Source: Candidatus Latescibacterota bacterium
GTDB lineage: Bacteria; Latescibacterota; UBA2968; UBA8231
NCBI GenBank assembly: GCA_965215195.1
Contig: CBDCDC010000002.1
Location: forward strand, 1,792,001 to 1,856,000
Direction of reading: 5' to 3'
Length of the DNA stretch: 64,000 nucleotides
The notes below the pieces were generated by a model that worked only from the letters and a program-made list of their open reading frames with translations, was not told the origin of the DNA and ran no database searches. Shown here one piece after another: positions 1 to 8,775 of the stretch (position 1 is the stretch's first letter; each line of letters opens with the position of its first letter). The position numbers and the translations under genes were made by a program.

Positions 1-451
1 ACTCGCCGACTAGCTGGTAGATCGGGCCGCGGGCCGCGATCGCCTCGTGCGCTTGCCGCACCAGCGAATCGAAGCGGCGATTCCAGCCGACCATGCCGCG
101 CGCACCGCTGGCCTCGGCCGCCTCTTTGAGCGCACGGGTCTGGGCCAAGCTCATACCCGGCGGCTTTTCCAGCAGGGTGTCGATGCCCCGCTCCAAGCAC
201 GGCAGGGCCGCTTCGGCGTTGAGATGGGCCGGGGTAGCCACAATAGCAGCGGCCAATTCCTCGGCGTCGAGCATGGCCGCGACATCCGCGTAGCGGCGCT
301 CGACGCCCCACTCAGCACCCACCTGTTCGCGGTTTGCCGCAACCGGGTCGCAGACGGCGACCAACTCGACGTCCGCCAGCGCGTGCAGAGCGCGTCCGTG
401 GCCGCGACCGCGGCCGCCGCAGCCGATTAATCCAACAGGTATATTCGCCAT
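1..451 (-). CDS. Gfo/Idh/MocA family oxidoreductase, 5' part (runs off the window)
   Basis: Manual translation from ATG at 451 (AAGGAG upstream): MANIPVGLIGCGGRG...VAVCDP...IVATPAHLN...LLEKP. Rossmann GxG and EKP motifs; absent from the ORF track because it is truncated. Confidence 0.85.
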   Translation of the reverse strand, partial: MANIPVGLIGCGGRGRGHGRALHALADVELVAVCDPVAANREQVGAEWGVERRYADVAAMLDAEELAAAIVATPAHLNAEAALPCLERGIDTLLEKPPGMSLAQTRALKEAAEASGARGMVGWNRRFDSLVRQAHEAIAARGPIYQLVGE

Positions 452-533
452 AGCTAGCTCCTTGTCTGTGGATCCTGAGCACCGAATAACGCGGCCCAGC
501 CCAAAGGAATAGAGCCGCGCCTTTTCGGAGTGC

Positions 534-3500
534 TCAGGCTGGGGCCTCCGCCCGAGCCAGCAGCTCGGCGAAGTCGTAGTTGACGCTGGTGACGCCAAAG
601 TCGGGTTCGCGCTGGAAGGGGCGGCGCAGATAGCGTACGCGGTAACTGCCATCGTCCAAAAACTCGACTATCGCGAGAATGAAGTCGTCGGGTTTATTGA
701 GGCTGTAGAGAATTTCGTTTTTGGTCACCGTGATGGTCGCTGCCCCGCTTGCGCGGCCCTTAACTTCGATGAAGCGCAGCCGCCCCGTGCCGGGCACCCG
801 AGACTCGATATCGTAGCCGAGTTTGTCAAACTCCCGATCCGTTGGCTCATAGCCGAGGCCGCGTTCTACCTCCATGACAATAGCCCGCGCCCGGGCAGCA
901 ACCTCCTGCGTATCCACAGGTGCTCGGCGTCCCGCCATAGCGTTCACTAGTCCTTGCGGCACCACTAGCAAGCCGCCGCGCACTACTGGCGGTAACGGCG
1001 AAAGCTGTGCTTCAAGTTGCAGTTCCCGTAGCCTCTTGTGCAGCCGGGCCTGCAACGCATCGGCTCGTTTGCGCGCTTGGTCCGAGTTCAGCCGCGCACC
1101 ACTCGCGCCGGCCTGCTCCTGTAGCTTGAGCTGTTCAGCGCGGTGATCCCAGTAGGAGATTTCCTTGGTCAGACGGTCTTGGACCGCGGCCTCGGTCTTG
1201 GCAATCAACGCCAGCTTGGGATCGCGGACTTGGGCTAGATGCTCGGGGACGACGTGCGCCACGGCATAGGCTTGCGCCTGCTGCTCCATTTCTCGGTTGA
1301 TCCACGCGCATTCCGGCCGCTCCAAAATGGCCTCAACCCTAGGTTCGTCTGGGGCCAGGGGTCGATAGTCCAAGTAGGGGGCGTAGTGGAGGGGGCGCGT
1401 GTTGCCAGCCGCGTCGATTTCAACGTAGAGCATCTGCTTGGAGACAATTCGGCGGTCGCCGGCCCGCGTCCGGCCCGCGTCTTGAATGGCGTGTTCGAGG
1501 TAGAAAAGCACTCGCGGTGTCTGCCCCGGATCGCGCTCGTCAATCAGCACTGCTCCGCGCTTGAGCAGATCGCGGTGCTGCTCAAGCGTCAAGTCGAGGA
1601 CGGCGTCCAGCAAAGGGTGTCCCGGGCAGACGAACGCCGCCGCTGGCTGGCCCGGCAGCGCGACTAGGGATTTGTCGAAGGCGATCCGTTCATAGCGGGG
1701 GAGTACCGACGTGCTTTGGTTGCGGACCAGCGCGGGGACACGCGCAACCTCGTAGCGGCACGACTCGCGCTGCCGTACCGATCCATTGATTCGCTGGAAC
1801 GCCTCTAAAAAAAATGCCTCAATGTAATGCGGCTGTAGGCGGCGTGCCTCGGCCCGCTCCATCTCTTCGCGAACCCTCTGCAAGCGGCTAGCATCCATAG
1901 CATCATGGACGAGTTGCCGCTCCGCTAGCAAGTCTTGCAACGCGCTGTGGTCAAGCGCCTGATCGACCGCCGTGTCGAGACGTGCGCGAACTGCTGGCTG
2001 CTCGCCATAGCGAATGGCTTCAAGCAGGAGATCCCGCAACGGTCGGCCCTCGAATTCGAGCTTGCCGAGCACGTCAAATACCTGACCACCGAGGGCCTGC
2101 CGCGCCTGTTCTAGCTTGGTTAGCAGGCGCTGGTACACGTCGCCCTCGCGGGTCTCGTCCGCGACCAGGTTCCACAGGTGGCACACTTCCGTCTGGCCAA
2201 TTCGGTGGATGCGGCCGAAGCGCTGCTCTAGGCGGTTCGGGTTCCAAGGGAGGTCATAGTTGACCATCAGATGCGCCCGCTGGAGGTTGATTCCTTCGCC
2301 AGCGGCATCGGTAGCCAGTAGCACCTGTACCGCTGGGTCGTGGCGGAAGGCTTCCTGCGCTTGATGGCGGTCCGCGCGGGCCATGCCCCCGTGAACGACC
2401 ACTACCGACTCCGCACGTCCAAGCAAAGTGGTGATGCGGTTTTGCAGATAGTGGAGCGTATCGCGGTGCTCCGTAAAGAGCACCAGCTTCTGCGCCGGGG
2501 AGGGCACTGGACGCGGGATCGCACCACTGCCGTAGGGCGTTGTCGGCTCTCCGATCCTGCCTTTTATGCCGGACGCCGTAAAAATCTCACTGAGTAGGCT
2601 TGCGAGTTCCCGCCACTTTGCGTCTCCACTGCGGCGCCGGACGTCGAGCGCACGACTTTCCAGCATCTTCAGAGTTTCGATTTCCGCCTTCAGTTCGGCG
2701 CTGGAGCGGGCGGCGGTCGCTTGGTCGAGGATGCTCGTTTCGGTGGCTTGGACCTCGTGCTCTGGTGCGTCGTCGAGATCTTCGATGTCTTCGGCATCAA
2801 GCTCCAAGGTTGTGGTCGAGCCGGAACGCCGGGATTCCTCCAACTCGCACCGGCGAGTCTCCAAACGCCCTCGCCGTCGGCGTAGCGACTGGTAGATCGC
2901 CTCGGGAGACGAAGCGAGCCGCCGCTGGAGGATCGTCAGGGCGAAGCCGACCGCAGCCCGCTTGGCATTGGCGAGTGCGTCCGCCCGATTGAACTCCTCC
3001 CGCACATAGTCGGTGACCGCCTCGTAAAGCTGGGCTTCCGCCTCTGAGAGCCGGTACGGCACCGCGTAGGCGATGCGCTCGGGGAACAGCGGCTTACCAT
3101 CGAACTTGAGCAGCCGCTCCTTGACCATGCGCCGCATCAGGTCCGAGACATCGCTCACGTGGACGCCATCGCGGAAGCGGCCTTCAAAGCGGTCGCTGTC
3201 GAGCAGCGCCATGAAGAGCTGGAAGTCCTCTTCCTTGCCGTTGTGCGGCGTCGCCGTCATCAGCAGGAAGTGGCGCGTCAGCCCGGACAGAAGCTGCCCC
3301 AGCCGATAGCGCTTGGTGTAGCGGATCTCGCCCCCGAAGAAACGGGCCGACATCTTGTGCGCCTCGTCGCATACCACCAGATCCCAGCCAGCGTCCGGAG
3401 CTTGCAGCTTCTGTTGCACCTGTTCGTCGCGCGCTAGTTTGTCGAGGCGGGCGATGACGAGGTTGGCTTCGAGTTTGTCGTTGGTCATAATCTCAAAGGG

Positions 3501-4028
3501 CAACTGGAAACGCTGGTAGAGTTCGTCCTGCCATTGCTCGGCGAGGCTACCGGGGCAGACGATGAGGCACCGTTCGAGATCGCCGCGGGCGATCAGCTCT
3601 CTGATGAGGAGGCCGGCCATGATGGTCTTACCGGCACCCGGGTCATCGGCGAGGAGGAAGCGCAGCGGCTGGCGCGGCAGCATGGATTCGTACACCGCGG
3701 CGATCTGATGGGGCAATGGCTCAACGACCGAAGTGTGGACTGCCAACACGGGATCGAACAGATGCGCGAGGCGGATGCGTAGGGCCTCAGACACCAGCCG
3801 GAACAGGGCACCGTCGCCGTCAAAGCGCCACGGCGGCCCCTGTTCGACCACTTCGAGCCGCGCCTCGTCGGAGCGGTAGAGCAGCTCATTGGCCACCTTG
3901 CCGTCCGGCGTCTTGTAGGTCAGTTCTAGGGCTTCTGAGCCAAACCACTGCACGCTGACGACCACCACGAGGCCATCGGTGAGAATGCCGCTCACTGCGG
4001 CGTTAGGCTGGAGGTCTTCAAGCGTCAC
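534..4028 (-). CDS. SNF2-family helicase with C-terminal DUF3883 (PD-(D/E)xK-like nuclease) domain
   Basis: LADDPGAGKT, DEAH, TATPH, EGINLQ, QRFGRIHRIG; C-terminal GYDIES...FIEVKGR. Confidence 0.92.
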   Translation of the reverse strand: MTLEDLQPNAAVSGILTDGLVVVVSVQWFGSEALELTYKTPDGKVANELLYRSDEARLEVVEQGPPWRFDGDGALFRLVSEALRIRLAHLFDPVLAVHTSVVEPLPHQIAAVYESMLPRQPLRFLLADDPGAGKTIMAGLLIRELIARGDLERCLIVCPGSLAEQWQDELYQRFQLPFEIMTNDKLEANLVIARLDKLARDEQVQQKLQAPDAGWDLVVCDEAHKMSARFFGGEIRYTKRYRLGQLLSGLTRHFLLMTATPHNGKEEDFQLFMALLDSDRFEGRFRDGVHVSDVSDLMRRMVKERLLKFDGKPLFPERIAYAVPYRLSEAEAQLYEAVTDYVREEFNRADALANAKRAAVGFALTILQRRLASSPEAIYQSLRRRRGRLETRRCELEESRRSGSTTTLELDAEDIEDLDDAPEHEVQATETSILDQATAARSSAELKAEIETLKMLESRALDVRRRSGDAKWRELASLLSEIFTASGIKGRIGEPTTPYGSGAIPRPVPSPAQKLVLFTEHRDTLHYLQNRITTLLGRAESVVVVHGGMARADRHQAQEAFRHDPAVQVLLATDAAGEGINLQRAHLMVNYDLPWNPNRLEQRFGRIHRIGQTEVCHLWNLVADETREGDVYQRLLTKLEQARQALGGQVFDVLGKLEFEGRPLRDLLLEAIRYGEQPAVRARLDTAVDQALDHSALQDLLAERQLVHDAMDASRLQRVREEMERAEARRLQPHYIEAFFLEAFQRINGSVRQRESCRYEVARVPALVRNQSTSVLPRYERIAFDKSLVALPGQPAAAFVCPGHPLLDAVLDLTLEQHRDLLKRGAVLIDERDPGQTPRVLFYLEHAIQDAGRTRAGDRRIVSKQMLYVEIDAAGNTRPLHYAPYLDYRPLAPDEPRVEAILERPECAWINREMEQQAQAYAVAHVVPEHLAQVRDPKLALIAKTEAAVQDRLTKEISYWDHRAEQLKLQEQAGASGARLNSDQARKRADALQARLHKRLRELQLEAQLSPLPPVVRGGLLVVPQGLVNAMAGRRAPVDTQEVAARARAIVMEVERGLGYEPTDREFDKLGYDIESRVPGTGRLRFIEVKGRASGAATITVTKNEILYSLNKPDDFILAIVEFLDDGSYRVRYLRRPFQREPDFGVTSVNYDFAELLARAEAPA

Positions 4029-4036
4029 TCCCGACC

Positions 4037-4168
4037 CTAACTACACGACACCTAAAGTAGGCGACCCTTACTTTGAGTACGCATTTTCTGCGGTTTCCGC
4101 TGGGTGCGGGATCGAGGGCCAGATGCCCTCGATCCTTGGCAGGCTGAGGGCTGGTGTCGTGTAGTAAG
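4037..4168. mobile_element. MITE, 132 bp, IS4-like ends, 9-bp target duplication
   Basis: Ends CTAACTACACGACACC / GGTGTCGTGTAGTAAG; exact direct repeat CTCCCGACC at 4028-4036 and 4169-4177; internal hairpin GATCGAGGGCCAGATGCCCTCGATC. Confidence 0.85.
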
Positions 4169-4176
4169 CTCCCGAC

Positions 4177-7100
4177 CTATTCCCGTTCAAAACCCTGATT
4201 GGAGAATTTGAGCGTCCGGCTGTTCTCGGTGACAGTACGCACGACGTGGTCCGGGGCACCCGAGGGGATTTCAGCTTCTATCTCCAAAGTCACGGTCACT
4301 TTTGCCCCTACCAAGCCGGCGAGATGGGCAATGACCTCATCGGCGATCTGGCTCGCATCGCGACCGACGCGGGTGGCATCAAGGGCCACGGCCCCGTGAA
4401 AGCGCCGCGCTTTCTGCTCGGGTGGAGGGGGCGTTGGCACTGGACTGGTGCCATCACCGGCCGACGCGCTGACACCCTTCTCAGCGACGCCCGCCCCAGT
4501 TGCCGCTGGCGCGGCTTTCTGCTGTGCGATTGCGGCTTCAGGCTGGACCAGCAGCCCATCGCTTTCAGCACTAAGCAGGGGGACCTCACGGCCACAGCGG
4601 AGTCCGCGATAACGGCCTGTGGGCTCGTCAAAAGCATCGGCATAGGCGAACGATTCGTCTGTCCACAGGAGAAGACCCAACCCGTCTTGAATAGCTGCAA
4701 TGAGGACCTCTGGACCAGCGAGGCGGGGCAGGTACAGGTAGCGGGCAAAGTAGTCTGCCAACTGGCGGATTTCCACGTGATCGCCACCCCACAAGGGCAC
4801 GCGGTCGAGTTCCATTCGCAGGCGCGTGCCCGCAAGCACCGGTATCAACAGTTCTTCTGACCGCAGCTTCTTGCCGGCGCGCACGGCGAGCGGGTCTTGC
4901 CCAGCCAGCCGCAGAGCCTGCCACTCAACTGCCGCCTCGGGCGTGGACTGCACTGGCACGAGGAGCCACTGGTAGGCCTCTGGCAACCGTCCCACCACGG
5001 CACCATCCTCGGACTTCAACTGGTCTTCGGCCTGCCGCACCTGATGCGGGTCGAGATTCAGGGCTTCTTTGTCTTGCAAGATGGACGACCACGCCAAGTA
5101 GCGACGCACCGCTTCATCCAAGTCCTGCAGGCGAGTTTGGTCAACGACGAGGAAGACCAGCGTATTGCGGAAGAGGCGCGGGGTGTTGCCGCGATTTTCG
5201 AGCATGGCGGTGGCCGCGGCCTGCGCCTTGCTGTTTGACCCGCTGCTGTGCGGGTGCTCAGTCCCCAGCACCACTAGGCGAGCGTCCATGTCGTCGGGGA
5301 TATCAGCGCCGGATTGCGGCACCGTATGGATGCGCTGAAAGTCGCCCATGGCGCGCAGGTCGGCGCGCAACCGCTGCTCTATCTCGGCCACTACTGGTGC
5401 GGGATCGCGTCTGAATTGATCGGCCCGGTCTTCTGCCAGCTTGGTGACGGTCGGCTGCGTTGAGTACCAGTAGCGCGGGCCATCCTGATAGAGGAAGGTC
5501 GCCTGCGTACTCAGACGACGCAGGGCATCGCCAAAGATCGCCGATGTTTCGCCCGGCATTGCACAGCCGAGCTTGATCCGACGGTCCTCAAGGCCGCGAT
5601 TGGCCACCGAGGTCGTCGGCGCGGACCCGAGGTACACAGTGCGCGCCACCCGGCGGGTCGCCGAGAACTTGCCCAAGTTTGCCACCTCGCCGTCAATGCG
5701 CTGGGGCAGCGCATTCGGACCATCGACATCCGCCTCGATGATCGGCGTCCAGTTGTCGGACAGATAGCGGGTCAACTCGTTGCGGACGTGCGGATCGTCA
5801 ATGGGGATGTGGGCCGGCATGATCAGGGAGTTGCGGTCGCCGCGTTCCCACAGGCTGTGGATGACCGCGGCCATCAGACGCAGGACGCCGCGGGTGCGCT
5901 GGAATTTTACTAGCGCGGACCAGTCCGTATAGAGCCGGTCAAAGACTTCTGGATGGATCGGATAGGCGGCGCGCAGGCGGCGCTCGTAGTCGGCGTCCCG
6001 GCATTCGGCAGGGAACTCCTGCTGCTGGGCGCGGTAGAAGTCGGCAAAGGAGCGCGAGACATTGTCGCGGGCAGTGAATTGCTCGCGCTCGTTCAAGGAT
6101 TCAAATAGGCGGCGGCGCACGATCTCAAAGCCTTCTTCGGTGCTCGCTGGCGTCCAGGAGGATTCGACGCGGCCAATGACGTTCTTGAGTCGTGCCAGTG
6201 CCGCCCGGCCGCGGCGACCGCCGACTTCTTCGTCTTCACCTTGGACATGAGAAGAAGTCGTATCCGAGGAGGGCAAGCTGATCACCAGCAGACAACAATT
6301 CGCCGCTCGCGCGGATTCGGTCAAGGTCTGGGCAAAGCTAAAGTGGGTTTCAAAACTGCCGGCTGGCAGGTCGGCGTCGTCGTGCAACTGGCGGGCATAG
6401 GCGACCCATTCGTCGATCAGAATGAGGCACGGCCCGTATTCGTTCATCAATTCGCGGAGGGTGTCGCCCGGGCTGGTGGCGCGCTCGTCGTCCTGCCGCA
6501 CTTTGTCGAATGCCGCTCGCCCGCCAAGTTGCCAAGCCAGTTCGCCCCAAAGCGTCTTGACCACAGTGCCATCTTCCTTTGCCGACGGGTTGCCGGGCGA
6601 GATCTTGTTGCCGACCAGCACGACCCGTTTGACGCCATCGGGCCGGGCGGCGACTTCGGCTGACGCTATCAGGTCGTCGATGCCGAGCAACTCGCCGGTT
6701 GGCATGCCCGAGAATAGATGGTACAGGGCCAGCATGGAGTGGGTTTTGCCGCCGCCGAAGTTGGTCTGTAGCTCCACCACTGGATCGCCGCCGCGACCGC
6801 TCAGCCGCTGCATCGCTCCGCTGAGCAGGCCCTTCAGGCTTTCCGTCAGATAGGTGCGGCGAAAGAATTCTCTTGGGTTGCGATACTCATCCGTTCCTTC
6901 GCCGAGATAGACCTGCCACAGGTCTGCGGCGAACTCGGCCTGTTGGTAGCCGCCGCTGGCCACGTCCTGATGTGGGTTTACGACCTCGCGCCAAGGCTTC
7001 AGGCTGCCGGTGGCTTGGCTCTCAACGGTGGTGCCTGCGCCGCGCCGCCGCTGACTGCGCGCCTGCTCCTCAAAGACCAGACGGCGCAGCTCCATCTTCA

Positions 7101-7500
7101 TGCGATTGACCTCGTCTGCTTGCGGCGCGGAGACAGCCGTCAGCAGACGGGCAATAGAATCGAGGGCGCGGTCGGCGTCGTCGCTGGAGAAGCTGTCTTG
7201 GTGCGCCCACTTGTTGCGCTGGTCGCGGATTTCGCTGACGAGGCTGCGCTCGGCACGGCCCAGTACATTGCGGAACACGTCGTTCCACGTTTCCCACATG
7301 AGCTTGAGGAGTGCGGCTACATCCCACTGATCTACGGGCTTGTCGGTCAGGTTTGGATCATCGACAAAGCGCCGTATGGTATCCATGTGTACGCCACCGG
7401 CCTTGATTTTGTCTTGCACCTCGCGATCGACAAATGGGCCAAGCCCGTCCTTGAGGAGTTCGAGTGCTTTGCCGACGCGTTCTTGATTGGTAATGGCCAT
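4177..7500 (-). CDS. DUF499 AAA+ ATPase with N-terminal Swt1-like HEPN domain
   Basis: RNKWAH (Rx4H); PWREVV.PH.DV; EFAADL; Walker A QTNFGGGKTH; Walker B LILIDE; YPIHP; FQRTRGVLR. Confidence 0.92.
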   Translation of the reverse strand: MAITNQERVGKALELLKDGLGPFVDREVQDKIKAGGVHMDTIRRFVDDPNLTDKPVDQWDVAALLKLMWETWNDVFRNVLGRAERSLVSEIRDQRNKWAHQDSFSSDDADRALDSIARLLTAVSAPQADEVNRMKMELRRLVFEEQARSQRRRGAGTTVESQATGSLKPWREVVNPHQDVASGGYQQAEFAADLWQVYLGEGTDEYRNPREFFRRTYLTESLKGLLSGAMQRLSGRGGDPVVELQTNFGGGKTHSMLALYHLFSGMPTGELLGIDDLIASAEVAARPDGVKRVVLVGNKISPGNPSAKEDGTVVKTLWGELAWQLGGRAAFDKVRQDDERATSPGDTLRELMNEYGPCLILIDEWVAYARQLHDDADLPAGSFETHFSFAQTLTESARAANCCLLVISLPSSDTTSSHVQGEDEEVGGRRGRAALARLKNVIGRVESSWTPASTEEGFEIVRRRLFESLNEREQFTARDNVSRSFADFYRAQQQEFPAECRDADYERRLRAAYPIHPEVFDRLYTDWSALVKFQRTRGVLRLMAAVIHSLWERGDRNSLIMPAHIPIDDPHVRNELTRYLSDNWTPIIEADVDGPNALPQRIDGEVANLGKFSATRRVARTVYLGSAPTTSVANRGLEDRRIKLGCAMPGETSAIFGDALRRLSTQATFLYQDGPRYWYSTQPTVTKLAEDRADQFRRDPAPVVAEIEQRLRADLRAMGDFQRIHTVPQSGADIPDDMDARLVVLGTEHPHSSGSNSKAQAAATAMLENRGNTPRLFRNTLVFLVVDQTRLQDLDEAVRRYLAWSSILQDKEALNLDPHQVRQAEDQLKSEDGAVVGRLPEAYQWLLVPVQSTPEAAVEWQALRLAGQDPLAVRAGKKLRSEELLIPVLAGTRLRMELDRVPLWGGDHVEIRQLADYFARYLYLPRLAGPEVLIAAIQDGLGLLLWTDESFAYADAFDEPTGRYRGLRCGREVPLLSAESDGLLVQPEAAIAQQKAAPAATGAGVAEKGVSASAGDGTSPVPTPPPPEQKARRFHGAVALDATRVGRDASQIADEVIAHLAGLVGAKVTVTLEIEAEIPSGAPDHVVRTVTENSRTLKFSNQGFERE

Positions 7501-7559
7501 GGTCTTATTCCTTTGTTGTCTAGCACCGACAGCACGGGTACGCGCTGAGCAAATGTTTT

Positions 7560-8051
7560 TTAGTTTCCCTCGCCAGATAGTTCAAGTGCGTACTGTTTGA
7601 TTTCAGTAGATATCCACATACCGGCATCAATGAGTTGCTCGAGCACGGGGGCGATTTTTGGAATTAAGTTCTGTTCTTTAGCCCGCATCAAGATACCAAT
7701 GGTACCTATAATGTGTAACCCTAGTGTTTCAGCGGCATAGCGTGCATTCAGATCATCTAGGATAATTTGGTCAACCGATGTTTCTCTTGCCAATAGAATT
7801 GATGCACACTCACCATTGCCCAAGGATTTTAACTCAACTGGAATGGAATGACTAGCAGGTTTTTCAATGGTGATCCAAGAATAGTCCATTATGTTTGGAA
7901 CCGAATACCCCGTTGATCTCCCCCGATTCAATTCTCGTTCAACAGCATCAGCAACCAAAACTTCATCAAAGAGTGTCTGGAGAAGATCCAATTGATCAAT
8001 GCGAAAAAGGTATTGCAGTGCAGATGTATCAACCACGCATCTTTCTGGCAC
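7560..8051 (-). CDS. PIN-domain protein (DUF3368 family), putative toxin
   Basis: VVDTSAL, LGNGECASI, ILDDLNAR, IIGTIGIL; overlaps the upstream UPF0175 gene. Confidence 0.88.
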   Translation of the reverse strand: MPERCVVDTSALQYLFRIDQLDLLQTLFDEVLVADAVERELNRGRSTGYSVPNIMDYSWITIEKPASHSIPVELKSLGNGECASILLARETSVDQIILDDLNARYAAETLGLHIIGTIGILMRAKEQNLIPKIAPVLEQLIDAGMWISTEIKQYALELSGEGN

Positions 8052-8295
8052 TCTCGAAGTCCTTTTTCAACTCTTTGCGGGTTAAATTTGCAACGGATAC
8101 TTTGTACGATTTCAAGACATCAAAAAAGGCCACTCTGCTCAGGCCGGCAAGTTCTGCGGCTCGTCCTGAGGATAAGCGACCAATTTCATATAGTTTTGCT
8201 GCCAAAAGTATCCGTGCTTCCCGTGCAAATTCATCAGGAGTTTCTTGTAGAGCATTTAGAATGTTGGCGGGGCATTCAATTGTTATAGACGACAT
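8029..8295 (-). CDS. UPF0175 family HTH protein, putative antitoxin
   Basis: LAAKLYEIGRLSSGRAAELAGLSRVAFFD; start MSSITIE chosen. Confidence 0.88.
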   Translation of the reverse strand: MSSITIECPANILNALQETPDEFAREARILLAAKLYEIGRLSSGRAAELAGLSRVAFFDVLKSYKVSVANLTRKELKKDFESARKMRG

Positions 8296-8448
8296 CTTTG
8301 ATCTCATTCGTTTTCTTCTTTTTGGTTTAGCGGTCACGTACATCGTAGGCGTTGGCAATTCCATCACCTATCAGTTCGCCCTCCGATGGGGGCGCGGGCG
8401 GCTCCGCCAGAAAACATAAGGGAGGGGCAAAGGCGTTGTCAAAGGAGT

Positions 8449-8775
8449 TCAGGGTCGTTCATAAAGAACCTTCCCTTCGCGCAGCGCTGAACGCAACGCG
8501 GTTCCCACAAGGTGCCCGCGACGAGCGATTTCCTCGGGAGTCGCTACCACTATGTCCTTGCAAACCGGCAGATCGCCCAAGGCCCGGCGGATCTCGATAG
8601 CCTTGTTCCGCTTGTCAGACACCTTGGGCAGAATTACGAGCAGGTCAACATCGCTCCATTCGGTTGCCGTGCCCCGTGCATGAGACCCGAAGAGGACGAC
8701 CTGCGAAGACTGGAAGCCTCTCACGATGCGGTCCACCATAGTTGATATGAACTTTTCCGCTGCAGTCACATTCAT
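8449..8775 (-). CDS. Minimal nucleotidyltransferase (MNT, pol-beta superfamily)
   Basis: [18 protein letters not shown]; ATG overlaps the methyltransferase stop (ATGA). Confidence 0.88.
   Translation of the reverse strand: MNVTAAEKFISTMVDRIVRGFQSSQVVLFGSHARGTATEWSDVDLLVILPKVSDKRNKAIEIRRALGDLPVCKDIVVATPEEIARRGHLVGTALRSALREGKVLYERP

Noticed and set aside
480-530. Possible attR copy of the tRNA-Arg 3' end
   Set aside because: Only vague similarity, and no integrase in the block.
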